A stretch of DNA of 64,000 nt from an uncultured delta proteobacterium (GTDB lineage Bacteria; Myxococcota_A; Polyangia; Haliangiales; Haliangiaceae). This document shows, piece by piece, positions 51,627 through 61,404 of this stretch. Position 1 is the first letter of the stretch. Each line of letters begins with the position of its first letter. A model generated the notes under the pieces. The model saw only the letters and a program-made list of their open reading frames with translations. It had not been told where the DNA came from and did not search any database. Location of the stretch: assembly GCA_963848295.1 (NCBI GenBank), contig CAWKDB010000010.1:2400001-2464000 (forward strand). The letters are read 5' to 3'. The position numbers and the translations under genes are program-made.

Positions 51627-53167
51627 TCGCCGGACTCGCGATCGGCGCGCCGTGGCTCGCGTGGATCGGCGGCTCGACCGGCTTCGTCGCGATCGCGCTC
51701 GTCGCGGCGTTTCATGGTTGGGGCCGGCTCGTCGCGCGGCTCGCTGGTCGCGACGTCGGCGCGATGCTGACGATCTGGTGGGGCATCGCGGCGATAATCG
51801 CGCTGTCCGGCGCCGCGATCGCGCTGCACATCTACGATCCGACCGTGCTCGTCGTCGCCGGCGTCGTCGCACACACGATCTGGCTGTTGCTCGCGCCGCG
51901 TCCACCGTCAGTCGCGAATCGCTATCTGATCGTGCCCGGCGCGATCATCGCGCTGCTCGCGGTGCTGCACGTGCTCGGCGCGGCCGGTGCGGTTTCGGGT
52001 CACGCGTTCGACGACGACGGCAACTTCGCCGCGCAGCTCAAGCGCCTGGTCGACACCGGTGCGCTCGGCGATGCGATCGGCTATGCGCGCAGCGCTCAGC
52101 TCGGCGGCCACGCCGCGATCGCCGCGCTCGCGACCGGCTTCGGCGGCGCGGAGCTCGCCCATGTCGTCGACGCGCTCGCGTTTCCACTCGTGCTCGCACT
52201 CGTCGTGACGCGGATCGCACCGCGCGACGCGGGCTCGGCGTTATGGACCACGCTCGTCGTCGTGCTCGGCTCGATCGCCGCGACCGCGTACCCGGAGCTC
52301 GCGACCGCGTGGCTCGCGATCGGGTTCGTCGTCGCGCTCGCGCTGACCGCGTACGGCGACCGCGAGGATGATGCGTGGCCGACCGATGCGCATCTCGCCG
52401 CGCGCACCGCCGTGCCCTGTGCGCTGTGTGCCGGCGCGTTGATCGCACTGCGCGCAGAGCTCGTCCCGATCGCGATGATCGGGCTGTGGTACGCCTGGTG
52501 GCGCCGCCGTCGCTCGCTCGCGTTCGACGTGTCGCGCATCGCGGTGCTCGTGCTCGGTGCGGCGCTCGCGGTGCTCGGCTTCGCGTTGGCACGCCACGCA
52601 GCGTTTGCGTCGGCGCGAGTCCCTGCGCGTCTGCTCGGCGCTGGTCACTCGGGCTACGTCGCGCACCTCGTGTGGCCGTCCGCGCTCGCGACGGTGCTCG
52701 TCGTCGCGATCGCGCTCGGTCGACGCCGCGATCTCGGCGCGCCGACGCTCGTACTCTCGGCGCTCGGCGCGATGCTGATCTTCGAGGCCCGCGAAGCGCC
52801 CGGCCGCACGAGCTGGGCCTGGCACTACATCGAGCTCGCGAGCGACGTCGGCTATGGCGAGCACCGAGCGCCCGAGGGTGGCGACTACGAGCGCTTGCTC
52901 GGGCGCGTGCCCGACGGCGCGACCGTCGCGGTGTGGGTCGGTCGGCCCGAGCTCCTCGACTATCGGCGGCATCGCATCGTGGATCTTCGTACGCCGCACA
53001 CCGCGGCGCTGCGAGGCTCGCTCGACAAGCTGATCACCGCGACCGGCGCGAGCTGGCTGCTCGTCGAGCGCGACGACACCGACCTCGCCGCAGACCGCAC
53101 CGCGATCGCCACCCGCGACGGGGTGAGCCTGATCGACCTGCGTGTTACAACCCGACCCGTTCGATGA
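51611..53167 (+). CDS. Shorter tandem paralog of the preceding GT-C-like protein
   Basis: Shares 'GWG.LV.R', 'DDD', 'L.DTG', 'VP.GA..AV.V..P..LD..R..I..L.TP'; GTG after GAGGAG. Confidence 0.7.
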   Translation: MGAAVVAGLAIGAPWLAWIGGSTGFVAIALVAAFHGWGRLVARLAGRDVGAMLTIWWGIAAIIALSGAAIALHIYDPTVLVVAGVVAHTIWLLLAPRPPSVANRYLIVPGAIIALLAVLHVLGAAGAVSGHAFDDDGNFAAQLKRLVDTGALGDAIGYARSAQLGGHAAIAALATGFGGAELAHVVDALAFPLVLALVVTRIAPRDAGSALWTTLVVVLGSIAATAYPELATAWLAIGFVVALALTAYGDREDDAWPTDAHLAARTAVPCALCAGALIALRAELVPIAMIGLWYAWWRRRRSLAFDVSRIAVLVLGAALAVLGFALARHAAFASARVPARLLGAGHSGYVAHLVWPSALATVLVVAIALGRRRDLGAPTLVLSALGAMLIFEAREAPGRTSWAWHYIELASDVGYGEHRAPEGGDYERLLGRVPDGATVAVWVGRPELLDYRRHRIVDLRTPHTAALRGSLDKLITATGASWLLVERDDTDLAADRTAIATRDGVSLIDLRVTTRPVR

Positions 53168-53721
53168 AGACCTTGCCGACCACGCTGCCCGGCGTCGTGA
53201 TGATCGAGCTCGACGTGTTCGGCGATCATCGCGGTCGGTTCATGGAGACGTATCGGCGCGATCGATATGTCGAGCACGGCATCGGGGTCGGCGTCGAGTT
53301 CGTGCAAGACAACTTCTCGTCGTCGCCGCAGGGCATCCTGCGAGGCCTGCACTATCAGCTCCATCATCCCCAAGGCAAGCTCGTCCACGTCACGCGCGGC
53401 GAGGTGTTCGATGTCGTCGTCGATCTGCGCCGTGGCTCGCCGACGTTCAAGCAATCGTTCGGCACGACGTTATCGGCGGACAACCATCGCCAGATCTGGG
53501 TGCCGCCCGGGTTCGCGCACGGCTTCCTCGTACTCTCCGAGCAAGCCGACTTCGCGTACAAGGTCACCGCGAACTACGATCCGAGCGACGAGCGCGCCGT
53601 GATGTGGAACGACCCGGAGCTCGCAATCGCGTGGCCGATCGCGGGCGCACCGACGCTGTCGAAGAAAGACGCCGCGGCCGCTTCGCTGCGCACCGCCGAG
53701 CTGCCGCTGTACACGCCATGA
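53164..53721 (+). CDS. rfbC: dTDP-4-dehydrorhamnose 3,5-epimerase (RmlC)
   Basis: FGDHRG.F.E, FVQDN.S.S, LRGLHYQ, WVPPGFAHGF. Confidence 0.96.
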   Translation: MKTLPTTLPGVVMIELDVFGDHRGRFMETYRRDRYVEHGIGVGVEFVQDNFSSSPQGILRGLHYQLHHPQGKLVHVTRGEVFDVVVDLRRGSPTFKQSFGTTLSADNHRQIWVPPGFAHGFLVLSEQADFAYKVTANYDPSDERAVMWNDPELAIAWPIAGAPTLSKKDAAAASLRTAELPLYTP

Positions 53722-54567
53722 AGACGCTCGTCATCGGCTCACGCGGCCAGCTCGGGCGAAGCGTCGCGCGGCGCGGCGGTGCGATCACCGGCATCGATCT
53801 ACCCGAGCTCGATATCTGCGATGCCGCAGCGGTCGCGCGCGTGCTCGATCGCGATCGGCCCGCGGTCGTGATCAACGCCGCGGCTTACACGGCGGTCGAC
53901 CGGGCCGAGTCCGAGCGCGATCGCGCGTTCGCGGTCAACCGCGATGGCGCCGGCATCGTCGCGAACGCTTGTGCGCAGCGGCGGATGCGCTTGCTCCACG
54001 TGTCGACCGACTACGTGTTCGACGGCAGCGCGACCCGGCCGTACCGCGAGGACGATCCGCTCGCGCCGCTCGGCGTCTACGGCGCGAGCAAGGCCGAAGG
54101 CGAGCAAGCGGTGCACGAAGCCGGCGGCACGGTCGTGCGCACGTCCTGGCTGTTCGCCGAGGGCGGCCCGAGCTTCGTCCACACGATGGTGCGGCTCGCG
54201 CGCGAGCGCGAGGTGTTGCGCGTCGTCTCCGATCAGCGCGGTTGCCCGACGTACGCCGGCGACCTCGCCGACGCGCTGATCGAGCTCGGCGCGCGACCGG
54301 AGCTCGCGGCGACCTACCACTACTGCAACCACGGCGAGACGACGTGGCACGGGTTCGCGCGAGCGATCGTGGAGTCGGTACGCGGGGCCGGCCGCGTCGC
54401 GTGCGAACGGGTCGAGGCGATCACGACCGCCGACTATCCGACAGCCGGCGAAGCGCCCGGCCTACTCGATCCTCGACACCGCACGGATTCGCGACCTCGG
54501 CATCGAGCCGCCGCACTGGCAGCTCGGCTTGCACCGCGTGATCGCGCACGCGCTCGCGGAGGGCTAA
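53718..54567 (+). CDS. rfbD: dTDP-4-dehydrorhamnose reductase (RmlD), +1 frameshift near 54447
   Basis: GSRGQLG, NAAAYTAVD, STDYVFDG, YGASK; removing one G restores 'AKRPAYSIL..W..GL' with TAA at 54567. Confidence 0.93.
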
Positions 54568-54569
54568 GC

Positions 54570-55613
54570 ATGCGTCGAGTCATCGTCACCGGAGGAGCCG
54601 GCTTCATCGGGTTCAACTACGTGCGCGAGCTGCTCGTCGCCGAGCCCGCGACCGAGGTCATCGTGCTCGACAAGCTGACGTACGCGGGCAACCCGCGGTC
54701 GATCGCCGAGCTCGCGGCCGAGCCGCGCCTCGAGTTCGTGCAGGCCGATATCTGCGATCGCGCGATCGTGCGCGATCTGCTCGAGCGCGCGCAGCCCGCC
54801 GCGGTCGTGCACTTCGCGGCGGAGAGCCACGTCGATCGATCGATCGACGGCCCGAGCGACTTCATCCAGACCAACATCGTCGGCACGTTCAGCTTGCTCG
54901 AGGAGTGCCGGCGCTACCTCGCGGCGAGCCCCGATCCGAGCTTTCGGTTCCTGCACGTCTCGACCGACGAGGTGTTCGGCGCGCTCGGCCCGACCGGCGC
55001 GTTCTGCGAGGACACCGCATACGATCCGCGCTCGCCGTACTCGGCGTCGAAGGCGTCGAGCGATCACCTCGTGTCGGCGTACGTCCACACGTACAAGTTC
55101 CCGGCGGTGACGACGAACTGCTCGAACAACTACGGGCCGTATCAGTTCCCCGAGAAGCTGATCCCGCTGACGATCGCGAACGCGCTCGCGGGCAATCGCC
55201 TGCCGGTCTACGGCAAGGGCGAGAACATCCGCGACTGGATCTACGTCACCGATCACTGCGCCGCGGTGCGCGCGGTGCTCGCGAACGGCGCGGTCGGCGA
55301 GTGCTACCTCGTCGGCTCGCGCAACGAGCGCACGAACCTCGACGTCGTGCACACGATCTGCGACGTGCTCGACGAGCGCCGGCCGCGCAGCGCCGGCTCG
55401 CATCGCGACCTGATCGAGTTCGTCGTCGATCGCCCCGGCCACGACTTCCGTTACGCGATCGATCCGACCCGGATCGAGACCGAGCTCGGCTGGCGAGCGT
55501 CGACCCCGTTCGCCGACGGTATCCGCCGCACGATCGACTGGTACCTGGCGAATCGCGCGTGGACCGATGCGATCAAGTCCGGCGCGTATCGCGAACGGCT
55601 CGGAGTCGGGTGA
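54570..55613 (+). CDS. rfbB: dTDP-glucose 4,6-dehydratase (RmlB)
   Basis: TGGAGFIG, DKLTYAGN, HFAAESHVDRSI, STDEV, YSASK, DRPGHD.RYA. Confidence 0.97.
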   Translation: MRRVIVTGGAGFIGFNYVRELLVAEPATEVIVLDKLTYAGNPRSIAELAAEPRLEFVQADICDRAIVRDLLERAQPAAVVHFAAESHVDRSIDGPSDFIQTNIVGTFSLLEECRRYLAASPDPSFRFLHVSTDEVFGALGPTGAFCEDTAYDPRSPYSASKASSDHLVSAYVHTYKFPAVTTNCSNNYGPYQFPEKLIPLTIANALAGNRLPVYGKGENIRDWIYVTDHCAAVRAVLANGAVGECYLVGSRNERTNLDVVHTICDVLDERRPRSAGSHRDLIEFVVDRPGHDFRYAIDPTRIETELGWRASTPFADGIRRTIDWYLANRAWTDAIKSGAYRERLGVG

Positions 55614-56944
55614 CCCCCGCGCGCCGTCGCTGGCTCGTCGGGTGCGGGCTCCTGCTGATCGCGCAACGCATCCTGCTCGCCGGCCAACAGATCCGCTGGT
55701 TCTGGGACAGCGAGGCGTATCTCGAGCAGGCGCGGCAACCGTTCGATTGGTCGCAGATCTACTACCCGAAGCCGATCCTGCCGTCGCTGGTCTATCGCCT
55801 GTGCGGCGTCGACCAAGGGTGGATCGTGATGCTCCAGGAGTGGCTATCGCTGTTCACCTGGCTCGTGTTCGGCGCCGCCTTGCTCGCATGGTTTCGGTCG
55901 CCGCGCGCGCGGCTCGCGTGCGGCATCGCGGTCGTGTTGCTCGTGCTCGACCCGTTCCGCATCGGGTTCTGCGACGTGCTGCTGTCGGAGTCGCTCAACG
56001 ACTCGCTGATGGCGCTGCTGCTCGCCTCGCTGCTCGTCGCGTTCGCGCGCACCGGCGCGGTCCGCGCCTGGGCCACCGCAGCCGCCGCCGTGATCGGCAT
56101 CGCGTGGTTGTTCGCGCGCGATACGAACGCGGTAGTCGCGATCGTCGCGATCGCGACCGCGCTGATCGTCTGGCGCGGCGCGCTGCTCCGGCGCTACGCC
56201 GTGATCGCGATCATGGCGGTGGTCGCCGCGACGTCGGTGTTCGTGCTGTCGACGACGACGGTCGTGCCAGCGCCGACCCACCTGTCGTTCCAATCGATCA
56301 TGCCGCCGGACTTCACGGCGCGGATGACGTACTCGATGATGGACAACCTCGTGTCGCGGGTGTTGCCGGATCGCGAGGCGCGCGAGTTCTTCGTCGCCCA
56401 CGGCTTGCCGCAAGTCGACAAGCTCGTCGCGATCGATCCCGAGCACGGACGGAATCGTCAGGCGATCTACCGCGACCCGGCGTTCGATCCCGCGCGGATC
56501 TGGATCGAGACGTCGTTCCGCTCGGTGTGGATCGAGTGGCTCGCGCTCCATCCGCTCGCGCGGGTAGGCGATCAGCTCCGCCACGCCGGCGAGTTGCTCG
56601 GCGTCGCGAAGGACGACTATCTCGGCTACATGCCGGTCGGCTGGCACACGCGCGGCGCGTTCGGCAAGAAGCTCCAGCTCGCGTCGTACGACGTGGTGGT
56701 CTTGCTCGTGCTGCTGTTCGTGCCGGCGCTGTATCGCCGTCGCCGCGAGCCACTCGGCAAGCTCGCGATCTGTCTCGTCGTCAGTGGCTGGGTCGGCGGG
56801 CTGTCCGCGTTCTACGGCGACTCGGCGGAGGTCGGCCGGCATTGCTATGGCGCCGGCCAGCAAGTGTTCGTCGCGATCGTGCTCGTGCTGTTGCTCGCGA
56901 TCGAGCGGCTCAGCCCGAGCGCACCGCCCTCACCGCCTGCGTGA
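55610..56944 (+). CDS. GT-C-like membrane protein
   Basis: 'FWDSEAY', 'LLSESL', 'FARDTN', many TMs; GTGA-coupled to rfbB. Confidence 0.75.
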   Translation: MTPARRRWLVGCGLLLIAQRILLAGQQIRWFWDSEAYLEQARQPFDWSQIYYPKPILPSLVYRLCGVDQGWIVMLQEWLSLFTWLVFGAALLAWFRSPRARLACGIAVVLLVLDPFRIGFCDVLLSESLNDSLMALLLASLLVAFARTGAVRAWATAAAAVIGIAWLFARDTNAVVAIVAIATALIVWRGALLRRYAVIAIMAVVAATSVFVLSTTTVVPAPTHLSFQSIMPPDFTARMTYSMMDNLVSRVLPDREAREFFVAHGLPQVDKLVAIDPEHGRNRQAIYRDPAFDPARIWIETSFRSVWIEWLALHPLARVGDQLRHAGELLGVAKDDYLGYMPVGWHTRGAFGKKLQLASYDVVVLLVLLFVPALYRRRREPLGKLAICLVVSGWVGGLSAFYGDSAEVGRHCYGAGQQVFVAIVLVLLLAIERLSPSAPPSPPA

Positions 56945-57437
56945 CCTCGTCCCATTCGTCGCACCGCGCGTCGGCCGGGGCGCCGTCGACATCGGGCCCG
57001 AACCGGATCGCGTGTCCGACCCCGGCGGCGCGCCCCGCTTCGAGGTCGCTCGCCTTGTCGCCGATCACGATCGAGGCCGCGAGATCGATGCCGAGCTGTT
57101 CGGCGGCGTCGAGCAACATGCCGGGCGCCGGCTTGCGACACGCGCAGTTCGCTTCCGGCGCGTGCGGGCAGTAGTGGAACGCGGCGAACGCCACGCCGGC
57201 CGCGGCGAATGCCGCGACGAACCGGTCGTGGACCGCGGTCGCTTGTTCGGGCGTGACCAGCCCGCGGCCGATGCCGGATTGGTTCGAGATCACGACGAGC
57301 AGCCAATCGCGCGACATCGCGCGCAGCGCCTCGGCCGCGCCCGCGATCAGCTCGACCTCGGCAGGCTCGCTCGGATAGCCGACATCGACGATCAACGTGC
57401 CGTCGCGATCGAGGAACAACGCGCGGCGGCCCGACAC
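56910..57437 (-). CDS. gmhB: D,D-heptose 1,7-bisphosphate phosphatase (HAD IIIA)
   Basis: FLDRDGTL, SNQSGIGRG, CPH....C.CRKP.PGM, GDKASD. Confidence 0.92.
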   Translation of the reverse strand: MSGRRALFLDRDGTLIVDVGYPSEPAEVELIAGAAEALRAMSRDWLLVVISNQSGIGRGLVTPEQATAVHDRFVAAFAAAGVAFAAFHYCPHAPEANCACRKPAPGMLLDAAEQLGIDLAASIVIGDKASDLEAGRAAGVGHAIRFGPDVDGAPADARCDEWDEVTQAVRAVRSG

Positions 57438-57439
57438 AC

Positions 57440-58946
57440 CTACAGTCTACGTCGAGTCACGAGGATTCCGAGCCCGATCAGCGCGAGACCGCCGAGGGCG
57501 CCGAGCCCGAGCCCCATCGCCTTGCCGCCGCCCGGCGGATGTGCGAAGCCGCCGCTGCGGCCACCGCCGCCGGTCGCACGGCGCACGCCGAGCTCTTTGA
57601 TATCGGCCTTGACCATGCTCGCCAGCGCGAGCCCACCGCGCGGCGCGAACGCCACCTTCGTCGCCGCGATCACCTGGTTCGCGATGCCGTTCGGCGGACC
57701 GCCCCAGATGTTGCGCCGCGGGTTCTTGCACGCGATCGGCCCGGTCCACTGCATGCCGGATCGCGTAGCGCGCCTGGAAGTAGTTCTCCGCGCTCGCGAT
57801 CGCTCCGGTCTCCAGCGCGCCGCTCGCGCCCATCTGCTCGCGCCCGCCGGTGATCGGCGTCGCCGCCTTGAACCGCAGGTCGTCCTTGATGTCGTCCTTG
57901 CTGTAGCGCGCGTGCAGCCGGGTCAGCACGAAGTTGCCCGTCGCGATCTTGCCGCCGACGAGGTCGCCGCCGAGTGACATCAAGTCCTCCGGCGTCACGT
58001 CGAGCGTCGGGCACGGATCGCAGTGGTAGCCGTTCATCGCGGTCCACGCGTACTCGGTCACGATCGACCGCGGGTTCACCTCCATCGTCTTGTCGAACAG
58101 CGCCGCGTAGAACTCCCCGAACCGCGACTTCACCGCGTCCTTCACGTCGAAGTTCGTCGGGATCGTCACGTTCTTGTAGTTCGCCACCTCGTAGCGCTTG
58201 TCCGGCGCCACGATGTTCACGATCAGATCTTGCTTGCCCGACGAGTTCGCCATCCCCAAGCGGATCGGCAGCTCGAACTCCACGCTGTCGTACGAGAACC
58301 GCAGCGGCGACAGCGCCGCGTGCCCCGCCACCATCTGCACCTTCTTCGGATCGACCTTCGCCACGAAGAACTTCGACCCGCTCTCGACGTACGGCCGCAG
58401 CAGCGGCTCCGCGCCCCGCGGAATCTGATAGTGGTTCTCGGTCAGCCACCGCTCCAGCCCCGTCGAGTCCGTCGCCGACAGCACCAGGATCTTGTACTCG
58501 GCGACGTCGAACTTCGCCTCGATCTTCACCGTCGCGCGGTGCATCGGCGCCTCGTCGTAGAGGACGCCACCGCCCTTCGCAGAGGCGACGTCCATGGGCG
58601 CCTCCGGCGGTGGCGGAATGAAGCACGGATCCTGCTCCCAGTACTCGACCAGCCGTGGCGACCCGAGCGAGTCGACGTGCTCGAACACGCTCTTCGGCAG
58701 CGTCTTGACGTCCTTCTCGTGCAGCACGACGGGCACCGGCACGACCATCGCGAAGTCCGACAGCGGCCCTTTGTAGTCGTTCTGCATCGACAGCACGGTC
58801 TTCGTGCCGTCGCGCATCAGCACGACCTGCGTCGCGTCCGCGAACATCTTGTCGCCCGAGCCGCTGACGTAGAAACCACAGAAGGCGTGGGCCGCGGCCG
58901 GCATGGCGAACGCGGCAGCTCCGATCACGAGCGCTAGCTTGGTCAT
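57440..58946 (-). CDS. DUF2330 family secreted protein, copy 1 (extra T at 57750 shifts off the C-terminal anchor)
   Basis: AHAFCGFYVSG, LSMQNDY.GP..DFAMVVPVP, RLVEYWEQDPC; alignment to copy 2 by eye. Confidence 0.88.
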
Positions 58947-58991
58947 GGAAGTCTCCCGACTGCCATTCAACGCACGCCGCCGGGGCGAGGT

Positions 58992-60071
58992 CTACCTCTT
59001 GAGCCGCTCTAGTGTATCCGTCGATGATCGCCCGGGAACCATCGGCACGAGCTCGACCCGGCCGCCGTAGGCCTCGACCGTGGCGCGTTCCGGAATCGGC
59101 TTGTCGGCGTAGTCCGCGCCTTTGACGTGGACGTCGGGCTTGACCTGTGCAAGCACGCCCTCGGGCGTGGCGTCGTCGAACACGACGATCGCGTCGACGA
59201 CATCGAGCGCGGCGAGGAGCTCGACTCGCTCGGCACACGGGAAGATCGGCCGGCCGGGGCCCTTGTTCGCGCGCACCGATGCGTCGCCGTTCACCCCGAC
59301 GATCAACACGTCGCCGAACCGCCGCGCCGCTCGCAGCGACGTCAAGTGGCCGACGTGGAGCACGTCGAACACGCCGTTCGTCCACACGACCAGCTTCTTG
59401 CGAGCGGCACACGCTTCGCGCCACGCGATCGCCTCGGACAGCGTGTACTCCTTCGCGCAATCGGTGACGCGAGACGCGCCTTCGACCGGCGCGGTGTGGG
59501 CCTCGGTGGCGAACGCCTCGTCGACGAGCTCGCAGATCAGGTGGCCGATCGCGATGTGACACTCCTGGATCCGCGCGGTCACCGCCGACGGCACGGCGAC
59601 CCCGCCGTCGCAGCTCGCGACGAGCTTGCCGCCTTTCACGCCGGTCAGAGCGATCACCTTCATCTGGCGAGAGCGCGCCGCGGCGATCGCGGCGAGCACG
59701 TTGTTCGAGGTGCCGCTCGTCGTGATCGCGATCAACACGTCGCCGGGTTGGCCGAACGCCTCGACCTGGCGCGCGAACACGTGGTCGAACCCGTAGTCGT
59801 TCGCGATCGCGGTGAGCGCCGACGTATCGGTGGTGAGCGCGATCGCGGGCAGTGGCCGGCGCTCGAGCACGTACCGACCGACGAGCTCGGCCGCGATGTG
59901 CTGCGCATCGGCCGCGCTGCCCCCGTTGCCGCAGATCAACAGCTTCTTGCCGGACAGCACCGCCGCGCGCACCAGCTCGCAGGCGTGCACGATCGCGTCG
60001 GCATGCTCTGCGACCAGCTCGGTGCGGACGCGAACGCCTTCGACCAGCGCATCGCGAACGGACCGATTCAT
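58992..60071 (-). CDS. gmhA: Fusion: phosphoheptose isomerase GmhA + heptose-1-P adenylyltransferase (RfaE2/HldE C-domain)
   Basis: CGNGGSAADAQH, ANDYG, TTSG.S.N, RIQECH, then TNGVFDVLHVGH, KG.GRP, KGADY, GRSST in one frame. Confidence 0.92.
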   Translation of the reverse strand: MNRSVRDALVEGVRVRTELVAEHADAIVHACELVRAAVLSGKKLLICGNGGSAADAQHIAAELVGRYVLERRPLPAIALTTDTSALTAIANDYGFDHVFARQVEAFGQPGDVLIAITTSGTSNNVLAAIAAARSRQMKVIALTGVKGGKLVASCDGGVAVPSAVTARIQECHIAIGHLICELVDEAFATEAHTAPVEGASRVTDCAKEYTLSEAIAWREACAARKKLVVWTNGVFDVLHVGHLTSLRAARRFGDVLIVGVNGDASVRANKGPGRPIFPCAERVELLAALDVVDAIVVFDDATPEGVLAQVKPDVHVKGADYADKPIPERATVEAYGGRVELVPMVPGRSSTDTLERLKR

Positions 60072-61309
60072 GCGCGCACTTCGGACAGCGCCGGCCGCAA
60101 CGCCAGCAACTCGCGCGCGTGATCCATCACGGTCTCGAGCGGCACCGTGCACGCGGCGGCGTTGCCGATCTCGAGGCTCGGCCGGCCGACCGCGACGTCC
60201 TTGCCGTTGTAGACCGTGAACAACGGGATCGAGTACAGGTCCGGCGCGACCGAGCGAACGTTCGAGCCGATCGGCGCGAACAACGTGGGCGAATCCGCGA
60301 AGAACAGGCCGATCACCGGGGCATCGACGAGACACGCCATGTGCATCGGGCCGGAGTCGTTCGACACGACGAGCTTCGACTCTGCGAACAGCACGAGCAG
60401 CTCGCTCAACGAGATCTCGCCGGCGAGGTTGTGCGCGCGGGGCGTCTTGCAGCGATCGACGACGCTCTGCACGTACTCGCGCTCGTGCGGCGCGCCGATG
60501 AAGCACACCCGTGCGTTCGGCGTATGCGCGACGAGCTCGTCGGCGAGGCCGGCGTAGCGCTCGGTCGGCCACTTGCGCGCTTCGGGCGCGAGATCCGGCG
60601 ACGTGTTCGGGTTGATCACGAACAGCGGGTCGCTGGGCCGGATCCCGAGCTTCGCGAGCTTGCTGCGCAGCTGGGCGCGCTCGTGCTCGCTCGGCGTGAT
60701 CTTCGGGTAGCGGTACTTCGCCGCCATCTCGTTGAAGTTCAGGTAGTAGTGATCGCCGGTCGTGACGAGGTAGACCAGCGACAGGAAGATATCGCTCGTA
60801 TGGAAGTAGCTGTTGTAGAAGCCCGCGATGTCGAGCAGCTCGCGGCGCCACGGCTCGCCGGTCAGGTAGAACCCGGCCTTGCGCGGGATGCCGGCGAGGC
60901 TCGACAGCACGAGCGGGAACTTCGCGAAGAACTCGAGGTCGAGCGCGAGGTCGCACTTCGCCTTGCGCAGCGTGCGCGCGACCGCGAGCGTGGTCTTGAG
61001 GAACGCCTGCGGCGTCGTCGGATCGACGTAGTGGTTGAAGTCGGTGAGCCCGAGGATCTCGAGGATCGTCTGGTTCGACTTGAACGTGACGAAGTGGATC
61101 TTCGCGTTCGGATAATGCTCGCGCAGCGCCGCCAAGCTCTTCGTCGCCACGATGATCGAGCCGATGCCGAAGAACTTCATGACGACGACGTTGCGCACTT
61201 CGAGGCGCGGCGCGACGAACGGCTTCTGCAGTTGATGGGCGGTCGCCAGGACGTTGCACGCGGCGTTGCCCAACACCTTGTCCAACCGGCGCATCAGCTT
61301 GACGTCCAT
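60068..61309 (-). CDS. GT9 family (ADP-heptose) glycosyltransferase
   Basis: KFFGIGS, RKWP.E.Y, NLAGEISL.EL, SNDSGPMHMA. Confidence 0.9.
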   Translation of the reverse strand: MDVKLMRRLDKVLGNAACNVLATAHQLQKPFVAPRLEVRNVVVMKFFGIGSIIVATKSLAALREHYPNAKIHFVTFKSNQTILEILGLTDFNHYVDPTTPQAFLKTTLAVARTLRKAKCDLALDLEFFAKFPLVLSSLAGIPRKAGFYLTGEPWRRELLDIAGFYNSYFHTSDIFLSLVYLVTTGDHYYLNFNEMAAKYRYPKITPSEHERAQLRSKLAKLGIRPSDPLFVINPNTSPDLAPEARKWPTERYAGLADELVAHTPNARVCFIGAPHEREYVQSVVDRCKTPRAHNLAGEISLSELLVLFAESKLVVSNDSGPMHMACLVDAPVIGLFFADSPTLFAPIGSNVRSVAPDLYSIPLFTVYNGKDVAVGRPSLEIGNAAACTVPLETVMDHARELLALRPALSEVRA

Positions 61310-61404
61310 GGCCCAAACCATTGCCACGGGAGCGCCGGGTACGTCAAGCAAACCGCGGGCTTGTGCCCGCTATCACGCGACGGCGATGTCGCGATTCACG
61401 CCAG

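Noticed and set aside
53142..55613. 823-aa RmlD-RmlB fusion ORF
   Set aside because: It is produced by one extra G near 54447. Correcting it restores the RmlD C-terminus, its stop at 54567 and a separate rmlB ATG at 54570.
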